A stretch of 64,000 nucleotides of DNA, taken from a virus. The notes under the pieces were generated by a model. That model worked only from the letters and a program-made list of their open reading frames with translations. It did not search any database and was not told the DNA's origin. The first letter of the stretch is position 1. Each line of letters opens with the position of its first letter. Below are positions 45,497-54,316 of this stretch, in pieces. The DNA lies in IMG/VR virus record IMGVR_UViG_3300045988_176633. One strand, given 5' to 3'. The translations under genes were made by a program, and so were the position numbers.

Positions 45497-46984
45497 TTAT
45501 ACCCCTAATTGAGTTAAAGTGACAGTAGCTGTCTTTCCACCTTCATTTGCCGTAACAACAGCTTGACCTGTTCTTTTAGCACCTGTATTAGCCGCTGCTA
45601 TTACTGAATATTCAGAAGAACCTTTTGTAAAACCTTCACCACTAACAACAGTTGTATAATCTACTGCTATCGGTGATCCAGAATTTTTACCATTTACTTT
45701 CTTCTGTTTGTTAGAAGTGACACCAAAAACTTTTGTCTCTCCTGCTGCTATAAAACTTAAAGACGTAAGATCTGTTGTTAAAGTGTAATCATAAGTTACT
45801 GTTGCTGCAGCTTGTGACAAATTAATCGTATCAACTTCATCACTTTCAGATTGAGTAATCGTAACTACACCTGTTCTCTCAGATTCAGTCGTATTTTCTG
45901 TTGCTACAACATTATTACCTGTACTCTTTGAAAAACCAGAACCAGCTACTTCAAAAGAAAACGCTACATCAACTGTAGAACCGCTAACATTACCATTTAG
46001 TTTCTTTTGTTTTGTTGAAACCACTGAAAAAGATTTAGTCTCACCAGTGTTAGCAAAAGAAAGTGATGTAGGAGTGGCTGTCAATGTATAATCATAAGTG
46101 ATGACAGATGCAGCTTGAGTTAAATTTACACTAACACTTTTACCACCTTCATCAGTTTGATTGATCGTCAAAGTACCTGTTCTTTGTGTTTCACCAGGAT
46201 TTTCTGTAACAGTAATATCATAACCATTATCAGTCTCTTCGTAACTAAAACCAACACCTGCTAATTCTACCGTCACAAGGGCTTTAATAGTTTCTCCTGA
46301 TGGAGTACCATTGATAACCTTCTGTTTAGTTGACGTTACATTTATCGATTTTGTTTCACCAGTATTGATAAATGACAAACTAGAAGGATTAGTTGTAAGT
46401 ATATAGTTATATGTAATGATAGAAGCCTCTTGAGAAAGAACAATATTTGAAGTTTTACCACTTTCATCTTGAGTAATTGTTAAATTACCGTTTCTAACGG
46501 TATCAGAAGGATTTTCGTTTATAGTAACTGTTCCACCTTCACTAACTGTAAAAGGTGCTTCTGTTTGAAATTTAACACTTAATGCAGTTTGATTCCCTTG
46601 TGGCTTACCATTTACATAAAGTTGTTTATAAGAAGTAACAACTGCTTCTATACTATCACCTTCCTTTGAAAATTCCAATGTTTCTTCTTGTGGAATAAGG
46701 AAGTATTTCCATTCTTCTACTACATCTACCAATACTTGAGCTTCGTCGTTTAACCCTTCTGGATAAGAAATAAGCTGAAGAGCATTGTTCATAGCCCATT
46801 CTTTGAACGATCCAATATTGTAGATTCTACCAGGTTCAATCACTATTCCTAGTGATTCAAAATAATCGATATCACCTACAGTATTTTCTGTCACAAAGAC
46901 ATTCAGTTGACTGTCAATACCATCTGTAATAACAGTCAACTGTTTTGGCTCTTCTTCATTTGTCTTGAATAAAAGTCTTAACAT
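45497..46984 (-). CDS. Virion-associated protein with four tandem BACON/Ig-like repeats
   Basis: Four units of about 100 aa of the form ...PSSLSFxxxGETKxxxVxSxKQK...xENxxxxxRTGxxTIxQxxxGKxxxVxLTQAAS. The N-terminal 100 aa are paralogous to 46987..47571. Confidence 0.6.
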   Translation of the reverse strand: MLRLLFKTNEEEPKQLTVITDGIDSQLNVFVTENTVGDIDYFESLGIVIEPGRIYNIGSFKEWAMNNALQLISYPEGLNDEAQVLVDVVEEWKYFLIPQEETLEFSKEGDSIEAVVTSYKQLYVNGKPQGNQTALSVKFQTEAPFTVSEGGTVTINENPSDTVRNGNLTITQDESGKTSNIVLSQEASIITYNYILTTNPSSLSFINTGETKSINVTSTKQKVINGTPSGETIKALVTVELAGVGFSYEETDNGYDITVTENPGETQRTGTLTINQTDEGGKSVSVNLTQAASVITYDYTLTATPTSLSFANTGETKSFSVVSTKQKKLNGNVSGSTVDVAFSFEVAGSGFSKSTGNNVVATENTTESERTGVVTITQSESDEVDTINLSQAAATVTYDYTLTTDLTSLSFIAAGETKVFGVTSNKQKKVNGKNSGSPIAVDYTTVVSGEGFTKGSSEYSVIAAANTGAKRTGQAVVTANEGGKTATVTLTQLGV

Positions 46985-46986
46985 AA

Positions 46987-47571
46987 TTAAGCCATTTCTG
47001 CTGTAACCTCAAATTTCTGAATACCACTTTCAGCAGTAACTACAATATTAAGATCTTCTTTTGCATCTAAACCAAGATCTTCCAATGAGAATGTTAAAAT
47101 AGATTCCTTTTTATTTAATGAAGCAGCTAAATCTTTACGATCACCACGAATCACTCCATAACGACCAACTGATTCATTCAAATTAACTGAATTAGGGAAG
47201 TGAATGTTTACATCCTTAACAGTAGGAAGTGTTGTCGTGATTTTCAAAACACATTCGTCATCACCATTCCACTCAGCATTCACTGCAACTAGTTCATTTA
47301 AACCTTGAGGATTGATCTCCAAAGTCAAACCATTATTTTCTGCAAAAGCTACCAACTCTTCGTGCATAACAGCGTGACCTACATGCCAATTAAAACCAAG
47401 TGCAAGAAGTGCATCACTACCAGCTTGTTCATCTTCATTAACAGCCAAACCACCTGCAGGTACGATACCACGCATTTCTGTGATAAACACTCGTTTTTGA
47501 TCACAACTACCGTCTGTAACGACAGTTGCATCAATTTTCTTATCTGTATCTATAAATCTATAAAGTCTCAT
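46987..47571 (-). CDS. Hypothetical protein (194 aa), N-domain paralogous to 45497..46984
   Basis: MRLYRFIDTD..VVTDGSCDQKRVFITE versus MLRLLFKTNE..VITDGIDSQLNVFVTE. Confidence 0.55.
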   Translation of the reverse strand: MRLYRFIDTDKKIDATVVTDGSCDQKRVFITEMRGIVPAGGLAVNEDEQAGSDALLALGFNWHVGHAVMHEELVAFAENNGLTLEINPQGLNELVAVNAEWNGDDECVLKITTTLPTVKDVNIHFPNSVNLNESVGRYGVIRGDRKDLAASLNKKESILTFSLEDLGLDAKEDLNIVVTAESGIQKFEVTAEMA

Positions 47572-47585
47572 TTTTCAATTATGTT

Positions 47586-48149
47586 TTAATTATTTTCTTT
47601 TTGTCGATTTCTCTTGTTATCTCTTCTTGCTATACGATCGCGATATTCACGCAAAAGACTCCAATCTTCATCTGTCTTAGGACCTCTTACACGGATCTCA
47701 GATACCTTCATTGACAACTCTTCATCAGAAAGTTTTGAATCTTTTTTAGCACGATCTATAGCTTCTTTAGTTGATTTAGATCCATATTTTTTCTCTTTCT
47801 CTTCTAGCGTCTCTTCTTTCTTACCACCATAACGTTGTCCAACGATACCTTTCTTTCGATTAGCTAGAGTGTCCTTGTAAACACCTGAACGTGCTTTCAT
47901 TAGGGTGCCATCTTCAGCTTTATCCCATTCAACTTGTTGTTCACGCCAATATACTACTGACTTCGTCAAGTCATCATTTACTACTGTAACGCGATTCAAT
48001 GAAATATAATCAATCGCACCATGTTCACGTTCAATAGGATCGACGCTCTTCAATATATCTTGAGAAAATTGATATACTTGTCTTTGAGTATAGACTTCCC
48101 AATTATTTTGTTTTGCGAGTTTATCAAACTCTTGCCTTGTCATTTCCAT
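47586..48149 (-). CDS. Hypothetical protein (187 aa), paralogue of 48982..49713
   Basis: Shared core SLNRxxVVxDDLxKSVVYxRExQ...RxKGIVG. Confidence 0.55.
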   Translation of the reverse strand: MEMTRQEFDKLAKQNNWEVYTQRQVYQFSQDILKSVDPIEREHGAIDYISLNRVTVVNDDLTKSVVYWREQQVEWDKAEDGTLMKARSGVYKDTLANRKKGIVGQRYGGKKEETLEEKEKKYGSKSTKEAIDRAKKDSKLSDEELSMKVSEIRVRGPKTDEDWSLLREYRDRIARRDNKRNRQKENN

Positions 48150-48170
48150 AGACTTCCCAATTATTTTGTT

Positions 48171-48698
48171 TTACAAATTCTTTTTAATTTCACCCGTCTC
48201 GTCGTAATACTTTAAATATTTACGAATCCTCGGTGGTAATACATTAGGATAAACTTTTTGAATATTGTTTAGTATAGATAGAGCTTCTCTTACTATCAAA
48301 GCTGTGCAAATTGTAACTCTAAACCACTCAAAACCACCAATAGAAGCTCCAAGTATCTTATAACTACTCAAGTTATGAGCAACAATTAAAGCACATCCAT
48401 AACAAATGACTTTAATTAAGATCTTTTCAAATCCTTCAACGCTGAAATCTTTTTTCTTGATATGGTGTAGAAATCCCATTAGAGTGTCAACAATCATCAA
48501 GACAACTAAGAATTTTAAAAATTCCCAGTCACCAAACACATACTTCTCAAACCAACCCACAAAAGGTGTTATCGGAATTGCGACTACTATTGGAATATAG
48601 AAGCTCATCACGTAATTTTTCACTCTATTATAAAAGTTATCGTACATATTTTCGAACTTTTGCTTAGTAACCGAATCATGTTTGAATATACTAAACAA
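48171..48698 (-). CDS. Holin (Phage_holin_4_1 / TcdE-like family)
   Basis: Multiple TM segments. DTLMGFLHHIKKK and REALSILNNIQKVYPNVLPPRIRKYL match the family pattern (DxxTG...nEglSIlEN...iP). The start is uncertain: TTG at 48698 or an internal Met. Confidence 0.65.
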   Translation of the reverse strand: MFSIFKHDSVTKQKFENMYDNFYNRVKNYVMSFYIPIVVAIPITPFVGWFEKYVFGDWEFLKFLVVLMIVDTLMGFLHHIKKKDFSVEGFEKILIKVICYGCALIVAHNLSSYKILGASIGGFEWFRVTICTALIVREALSILNNIQKVYPNVLPPRIRKYLKYYDETGEIKKNL

Positions 48699-48737
48699 TC
48701 TCTAAAATTATATCCTACGAATTAATTTATGTGTACC

Positions 48738-49007
48738 TTATTTCTTTCCTTCTAATTTTGCAATCTCTTTCGCTTTGGGATCACGAGCTGTAGCATAAGC
48801 TCTCATTTGAACCTCTGTCATTTGGTGCTCACTAGAATTCTTTGACTTATCACCAAACTGATTGAAATTCTCACCCAATTTATTTACACGACTAACTAAA
48901 CTACTTAATCTTTCAAGATCTTTTGATGATGCATCGTCTTGCCAATTATCACCATATTTATTCATGAGGTTTAAACGTTCTTTACTGATCTCTCCAATGA
49001 TCCTCAT
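48738..49007 (-). CDS. Hypothetical protein (89 aa)
   Basis: ORF track. Overlaps the upstream gene end by 26 nt. Confidence 0.5.
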   Translation of the reverse strand: MRIIGEISKERLNLMNKYGDNWQDDASSKDLERLSSLVSRVNKLGENFNQFGDKSKNSSEHQMTEVQMRAYATARDPKAKEIAKLEGKK

Positions 49008-49713
49008 CTTTACGATCTTTGTATTGAGCCGCTGTTACCTGACGTAACAAAGGAGCTTCTTTTTTCGAGCTCTCCATCCAATCAACTTTCAAACCATTCT
49101 CCTTCGCATATTTCATTACCTTGCTAATCCTCTTTTGAGTATCGTACATAGAGGCTTGAATTTTACCATCCTTTATATGAAAGGTTTTTTGATCGATTTT
49201 TATACTTGAAGGGATTTTCTCTGAACTTTCTTCTTTATTAGTATTTTTAATACCTTTGGGTTTTAATCTCCAGCCCTTCTCGGTCTTGATATAGAGTTTT
49301 CCACCATAAGTCTTTTCTGTACCAATAGGTTCAGCTTTACGTGCTTTTTCGATAACATCGTTATTGACTGGCAATCCAACGATACCTTTAAAACGGTTTA
49401 ATGCTGTATCAGCAAACACGATTTGTTTCGATTTCATAATTGAACCAAACTCTTCTTTTTCTAAGGGTTCAATTTGACATTCACGATAATAAACTACTGA
49501 TTTAACTAAATCATTATCAACAACAATCGCACGATTCAAAGAAACAAAATCAGCGGCAGCGCATGATTTTGAAAATTCATCCATTGAATTTTGATTGTTG
49601 ATGATCTCTTGATTGAATTTCAAGACTTGATCTGCAGTGAAGGTTTCATAACCATTCTTAGCTATAAAAGCATCGAATTCCTTTTTGGTAAACTCTTTTA
49701 TCGTACCATTCAT
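48982..49713 (-). CDS. Hypothetical protein (243 aa), paralogue of 47586..48149
   Basis: See 47586..48149. Confidence 0.55.
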   Translation of the reverse strand: MNGTIKEFTKKEFDAFIAKNGYETFTADQVLKFNQEIINNQNSMDEFSKSCAAADFVSLNRAIVVDNDLVKSVVYYRECQIEPLEKEEFGSIMKSKQIVFADTALNRFKGIVGLPVNNDVIEKARKAEPIGTEKTYGGKLYIKTEKGWRLKPKGIKNTNKEESSEKIPSSIKIDQKTFHIKDGKIQASMYDTQKRISKVMKYAKENGLKVDWMESSKKEAPLLRQVTAAQYKDRKDEDHWRDQ

Positions 49714-49740
49714 GATTCTAATGATTTTTAATTATCAAAT

Positions 49741-49782
49741 TTTACTGTCATAAAGATCGTGGTCTTTTTTCAATCAACAACC
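49741..49782 (-). promoter_or_regulatory. Degenerate copy of the conserved promoter-like element
   Basis: Minus strand GGTTGTTGATTGAAAAAAGACCACGATCTTTATGACAGTAAA. The 5' part overlaps the stop of 49770..50342. Confidence 0.35.
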
Positions 49783-50342
49783 AATTCTCCAAGATTATTT
49801 AACTCCAAGATACAAGTCAATAATTCGTTGATTGTCTTTGATTCTCCTAATTCTGTGGTTCTTACCTTTAATGCTTTAGCCAAGTGAATTATAGAAACTT
49901 TCATTTTCTCAAGATCATTGATTTGCTCTTTTGAAGAAGAAAGTTGTTGTTCTAAGGATAAGACCTTAAACTCAAGGTCTTTAATCATCTCGTCTTTGTC
50001 GATAGTATTTTCTGATTCACCTTCATCTAGGTTTTTCAACGGTTTTAATACTTTGTCACCAACAACAAGATAACTATCTTTTTTAGGAAGTTTAGTCTCT
50101 ATCACTTCTTTACCTAATTCCTCAGCTACTTCTTTTAAGACACTGATTGATCTCTTTCCTCTTACTTCGTTTTTGACTAAATAGAGGCCTTTGAGATTTT
50201 TGACAATAGTCTTTCCTTCAATCGTGTTGATCACCGCTTTCTTTATTCCTTGTTGTTTTACGATCTCAACAACAGTGCCAGCGTTTTTCTCTCCATTCTC
50301 ATCAATAAACTTTACAACTTTCCCAGCTTTAACAAAGTCCAT
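49770..50342 (-). CDS. Hypothetical protein (190 aa) immediately downstream of the sigma ORFs
   Basis: ORF track. C-terminal coiled coil. No motif recognised. Confidence 0.55.
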   Translation of the reverse strand: MDFVKAGKVVKFIDENGEKNAGTVVEIVKQQGIKKAVINTIEGKTIVKNLKGLYLVKNEVRGKRSISVLKEVAEELGKEVIETKLPKKDSYLVVGDKVLKPLKNLDEGESENTIDKDEMIKDLEFKVLSLEQQLSSSKEQINDLEKMKVSIIHLAKALKVRTTELGESKTINELLTCILELNNLGELVVD

Positions 50343-50344
50343 AA

Positions 50345-50578
50345 TTATATCGTATTTAAATTTTTAAAACGTTTTCTTACATGATGTATCTTACTTTTAA
50401 TAGTACCTAAAGGTACTTCAAAAATCTTAGAAAGCTCTTCGTAAGTATAACCATTAGCATATCCTAATATGATCTTTCTGTCCCTAGGATTGAATGTATC
50501 AAGGATTCGAATGATTGTATCATATTCTTCGTTTACTTCATTTTGTTGATCTGAATACAATTTATTCAACTCATTCAT
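50345..50578 (-). CDS. Sigma-70 family region-4-only protein (C-terminal half of a split ECF-like sigma factor)
   Basis: 77 aa. ..RDRKIILGYANGYTYEELSKIFEVPLGTIKSKIHHVRKRF.. is a region 4.2 HTH pattern. Confidence 0.75.
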   Translation of the reverse strand: MNELNKLYSDQQNEVNEEYDTIIRILDTFNPRDRKIILGYANGYTYEELSKIFEVPLGTIKSKIHHVRKRFKNLNTI

Positions 50579-50874
50579 TACACCTTCTTCTTCTTGACTA
50601 CAAGTATCTCTCTCTTCTTAGAGGAAAGTAGGAGGTTTAAAGTACTATTTTTAGCGATAGTAACTAACCAACTCCTTAAACCACCAGATCCTTCGTATAC
50701 ATATTTATCTTCAGACTTCAACGCTTTTACAAAAGTGTTTGAAACAATATCGTCTATATCTTCATCACTTAGGTCTTGATAATATCGTTTCTTCAAGTAG
50801 TTTATTAAGAAATTCCTGTAATCATTGAAATTCTTTTCAAGATCTTTCTTTATACTAAACCCCTCCATTTTCAA
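50578..50874 (-). CDS. Sigma-70 family region-2-only protein (N-terminal half of a split ECF-like sigma factor)
   Basis: 98 aa. ..DEDIDDIVSNTFVKALKS......LRSWLVTIAKNSTLNLL.. is a region 2.1-2.4 pattern. Its stop overlaps the next ATG as TAATG. Confidence 0.75.
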   Translation of the reverse strand: MKMEGFSIKKDLEKNFNDYRNFLINYLKKRYYQDLSDEDIDDIVSNTFVKALKSEDKYVYEGSGGLRSWLVTIAKNSTLNLLLSSKKREILVVKKKKV

Positions 50875-50901
50875 AATAAGTATGTTTGTTAATGTTATAA
50901 G

Positions 50902-51996
50902 CTAGTTAAAACTTATCAACGCTGGAATCAACCTATTCATATCATCACAATGCTTTACAACCAAATCTAACAATTTATCCATCTTTGATATATCCCGTAT
51001 GGAATGTAATTTTGTAATGATCCTATTTTCAACCATCTCACAGATTATCCCATCTAACCTCATATTCTCGAGCTCATTTATTATCGTGAGTTTATATGAT
51101 TCCCAAGATTCTTTCTGGTTTTTCCACTTCTCAACACCTTCTTCCATCTTCTTGATTTGAGAGTCATTATGATCTTTCATCTTCAAGAAAGTGATAAACC
51201 TTGTTTGCAGATATTTAGGAGTGTTATTCTTTAACTCTCTCTTGTGAAGTTTACTATAAGGAGCCCATTGTTCATAATACACGAATTTAGGTAGATTAAG
51301 CACGATATCATCACCACAAATACTTTTCACTTTATCTTCAAAGATCTTTTTCCATTCTCTTCTAGGAGGCAAATTGATTGTATTAGTCCGTGACCAATGA
51401 TGTTCTCTCTTCATTCTCTCTATTTCATCTGGTTTATAATAGAAACGATCACCAAAATAAAATCTCAATTTATGAAGGATATGTCTTACCATACACAACG
51501 ATAAACCAGTATTTTTAGCGATACTAGCACATGATGAATATTCTATCTCACTGGCCCATAATGAACTACCTCTTACACCAGCTTCCTTTTTACATTCTTC
51601 AAATAAAGGACAGATTTTATGGCGAAAGTGAAAATCAATATAAAGCATCACTCTATAATCATAGTAATTAACCCGTAATGATTTGTCTTCTAACTTATGT
51701 GTCAATAGAAGATAATCAGGTAATCTCTTGATTGTAAAAGGATTGCAATCTTGCCATTCTTTTATCTCAAAGTGTTCATCCTTATATTCAAGGATACCTT
51801 CTTCTAAGAATTCTTTAATGAAATCTCTTATTACGTGAACAGTACCTATCTTTGTATAGGCATGGATTATATTGACAAGATCTGTTAATGATGAATAATA
51901 CTTGAAACCTTGTTTCTTTGTACCTGTGAAAGTGAAGAGAATCTCTAGGAGTCTTTCTCTCATTTCTTCTTTTCTATTAAAAACTCGTACTTTCAT
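50902..51996 (-). CDS. Hypothetical protein (364 aa) with HTH-like segments
   Basis: SIAKNTGLSLCMVRHILHKL looks like an HTH. Preceded by a 606-bp non-coding region. No recombinase motifs seen. Confidence 0.55.
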   Translation of the reverse strand: MKVRVFNRKEEMRERLLEILFTFTGTKKQGFKYYSSLTDLVNIIHAYTKIGTVHVIRDFIKEFLEEGILEYKDEHFEIKEWQDCNPFTIKRLPDYLLLTHKLEDKSLRVNYYDYRVMLYIDFHFRHKICPLFEECKKEAGVRGSSLWASEIEYSSCASIAKNTGLSLCMVRHILHKLRFYFGDRFYYKPDEIERMKREHHWSRTNTINLPPRREWKKIFEDKVKSICGDDIVLNLPKFVYYEQWAPYSKLHKRELKNNTPKYLQTRFITFLKMKDHNDSQIKKMEEGVEKWKNQKESWESYKLTIINELENMRLDGIICEMVENRIITKLHSIRDISKMDKLLDLVVKHCDDMNRLIPALISFN

Positions 51997-52076
51997 TTGT
52001 TTTGTTTTTTGCGTAAAAAAACGAAGAATTTTTCAATCTACAAACTCTACATCGATTAACTGATACACAAAAAGAA

Positions 52077-52098
52077 AAGGCCTCACTCTTGAGGCCTT
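52077..52098 (-). terminator. Rho-independent terminator
   Basis: Minus strand AAGGCCTCA-agag-TGAGGCCTT followed by TTCTTTTTGTG. Confidence 0.7.
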
Positions 52099-52228
52099 AT
52101 TTCCTTAGTTTAACTAAAAACTCTCTAAAATTTAAAACAAAATGAAAATATTTAATAGAAAAGTTTCTTTTCTTAAAAGAGCTAATTAAAAGAATTAGAA
52201 ACTCTATCTAACTACTTACATTCCCATG

Positions 52229-52276
52229 CTTTTGTTAGATGCTGTAAAAGTACAATCTTTTCATTTCACTTGCAAC
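52229..52276 (-). promoter_or_regulatory. Copy of the conserved promoter-like element (orphan, 130 nt upstream of terminator 52077-52098)
   Basis: Minus strand GTTGCAAGTGAAATGAAAAGATTGTACTTTTACAGCATCTAACAAAAG. Confidence 0.4.
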
Positions 52277-52602
52277 GTTTTTACGTTCAATAGGCACTTA
52301 ACAATATCATTTTCTCTTAACTAATTGATTTCCACGATTTTCGCAATTCTTTCCCTATATCATATTACATATAATCTATATTTACTTTATTCCTATATTA
52401 AATAGGAGTGAGAAGAATGATTATTATTTATAATATTCTACTTTAAAACGTTATAAACATGTGATTATCAGCAACAAAAAAGGAGAAGAATCTCACGATC
52501 CCTCTCCTTCAAATTAAAATGTCTATAAAACAATTACCAGACCTTATCCTGATTGCGCCTTTTAAGCAGTTGTTGACAGTGGAAAGATACTAAATCCTTT
52601 TA

Positions 52603-53061
52603 TTAAAACAACCCACAAAACCATAATAACGCTACTATGACCAAAAATATACAAAAAACAATGGTAGGATCGGTTTCTTGTTTTTCTTGTGTAGTCGTAG
52701 GATCGATCCCTTGTTTTGATTCGGTAGACTCTTCTTGTTCTATCCCAAGATATTTCTTTTTCAATGTCTCAATCAACTCTTTGTTATGGTGGTTAGCCGT
52801 AGAATAACAAAGGTAAATCGATACGATATAAAAGAGAATAGTCGCAAATGGAAGGACAATCATGAATTGAACTGGTCCTAAGAGTGCAAGTGATGCAATG
52901 ATATATCCAAGATAACATACCAACATAATGAAAAAAGTACTTCCACTTGTATATATTAACCCTAATATACCAAAAAGGATACCTAAAATTACACTGAGAG
53001 CTACACTCTTCTTTTTCTCGTTATATTCTGCTTGATATAAAATATATTTATCCATTTCCAT
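52603..53061 (-). CDS. Membrane protein (about 152 aa, 3-4 TM segments)
   Basis: ORF track 52603..53094. I prefer ATG 53059-53061, 4 nt after the upstream stop. Hydrophobic stretches include LSVILGILFGILGLIY. Confidence 0.6.
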   Translation of the reverse strand: MEMDKYILYQAEYNEKKKSVALSVILGILFGILGLIYTSGSTFFIMLVCYLGYIIASLALLGPVQFMIVLPFATILFYIVSIYLCYSTANHHNKELIETLKKKYLGIEQEESTESKQGIDPTTTQEKQETDPTIVFCIFLVIVALLWFCGLF

Positions 53062-53065
53062 AACC

Positions 53066-53320
53066 TTAAAATTTTTGTGTTTCTTTCTTTCCATAATTCT
53101 TACAAAGTACTCTCAATTGAGAGTAAAAGACTTTAGTCTTTCTTGTTTGGAACCAATTGATCAATTCTACACAAGAAGTAGACCAACGATACGTAGTCGA
53201 ACTTGTCATCCTCCTGATTTCATTTTCTCTAGCTCTACCAAAATGCCAATACGTCACACTTACTTGATAGTAACCCGATTCTTTCTTTAAGATCGAAATA
53301 TCGAAATTATTGTCACTCAT
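53066..53320 (-). CDS. Hypothetical protein (84 aa)
   Basis: ORF track. Confidence 0.5.
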   Translation of the reverse strand: MSDNNFDISILKKESGYYQVSVTYWHFGRARENEIRRMTSSTTYRWSTSCVELINWFQTRKTKVFYSQLRVLCKNYGKKETQKF

Positions 53321-53396
53321 TTTTTTTGAATTCTTTTAAATTAATAGTTGCTACACAATTCCTTAAAGAAGTTCTATTTGTTTTACAAGCTCCAAA

Positions 53397-53579
53397 TTAA
53401 ATTCTTTCATTTCTCAGCTCCTTTCTTTGTTGCTCACAATAATCATGAGCTTTTTCAAATTCGACTATTGGACTATTTTCTGCATAAGGATTCCCTCTTA
53501 GAGGTTCGTAACCTGTCTCTTTGCATAGGTTATTATACCATTGCATCCTCTCTAATTGACCTTTTGTTTTATTTTCCAT
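53397..53579 (-). CDS. Hypothetical protein (60 aa)
   Basis: ORF track. Overlaps the upstream gene end by 11 nt. Confidence 0.45.
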   Translation of the reverse strand: MENKTKGQLERMQWYNNLCKETGYEPLRGNPYAENSPIVEFEKAHDYCEQQRKELRNERI

Positions 53580-53898
53580 GATCTGTTTTATTTTTATGAT
53601 TTTTCAAGAATAAATAACCGTCAATGATACTGTTAGCGACTTCTTCTTCAGAAGGGAATAAATCAGGAGATTTACTCAATGCTTCGTTAGCGTATCTCAA
53701 TGAATCCTCAACTATAGCCATAAGTTCTGGATTCTTAATCATTAAAGAAGTCAACATATCTATCTGTGACTTAGGATCTCCAGCTAAATAGGAGGAAGCT
53801 CTTTCGTTATCACCAATTAACGCAATCACTTGAAGTGATTTGTTAGTCTCTTGTACTACTTCATCAATATTGATGAGCATTTTTTCAATTGCATTCAT
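53569..53898 (-). CDS. Hypothetical protein (109 aa)
   Basis: ORF track. Confidence 0.55.
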   Translation of the reverse strand: MNAIEKMLINIDEVVQETNKSLQVIALIGDNERASSYLAGDPKSQIDMLTSLMIKNPELMAIVEDSLRYANEALSKSPDLFPSEEEVANSIIDGYLFLKNHKNKTDHGK

Positions 53899-53911
53899 AT
53901 TCTTATGTTTA

Positions 53912-54115
53912 TTATTTTAAATCCCAACCATTTTCTTTGACCCATTCTTCTAAGATCTTTTGATCTTGTTTAGTAAATATGATCAATCCATCGTCATTGT
54001 TCTCATTAAATTGGTATATCATTGAATTGATATTAACACCATTTTCATTCTCATAGAATTCTTTCTCTTCAAAAGAGAAGAAATCATTTATTGCTCTTTT
54101 TAAATCTTCATCCAT
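53912..54115 (-). CDS. Hypothetical acidic protein (67 aa)
   Basis: ORF track. The ATG lies 10 nt downstream of the conserved element. Confidence 0.55.
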   Translation of the reverse strand: MDEDLKRAINDFFSFEEKEFYENENGVNINSMIYQFNENNDDGLIIFTKQDQKILEEWVKENGWDLK

Positions 54116-54125
54116 ATTATTATTT

Positions 54126-54172
54126 CTTTTGATTATGTCATAAAGATCAGACCTTTATTTGATCCGAGCAAC
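54126..54172 (-). promoter_or_regulatory. Conserved promoter/operator-like element, copy A
   Basis: Minus strand GTTGCTCGGATCAAATAAAGGTCTGATCTTTATGACATAATCAAAAG. Confidence 0.55.
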
Positions 54173-54275
54173 AGTTTATATGTTTATTTTCGTTTTTAAC
54201 GTAATTATTTTTCTTCTGATGAGAAGATAAGGATAGTATAGAAGATTGCTGGTTACATTTCTAAACAAACAAAAA

Positions 54276-54304
54276 CCAGCAAGCGATTCAAAAACACTTG
54301 CTGG
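54276..54304 (-). terminator. Rho-independent terminator
   Basis: Minus strand CCAGCAAG-tgtttttgaatcg-CTTGCTGG followed by TTTTTGTTTGTTT. Confidence 0.7.
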
Positions 54305-54316
54305 TAGAATCTATTT

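Noticed and set aside
50570-50600. Reading the split sigma factor as a simple sequencing frameshift in the AAG AAG AAG AAG run
   Set aside because: Not rejected outright, but not adopted. The second ORF has a proper ATG overlapping the stop (TAATG), as do many other coupled genes here, and the break falls exactly in the dispensable linker. It needs read-level verification.
52417-52446. Plus-strand mini-ORF MIIIYNILL with an AGGAG site in the 606-bp spacer (leader-peptide look-alike)
   Set aside because: It is on the wrong strand relative to every gene, is 9 codons long in AT-rich DNA, and has no associated downstream plus-strand gene. Most likely chance.
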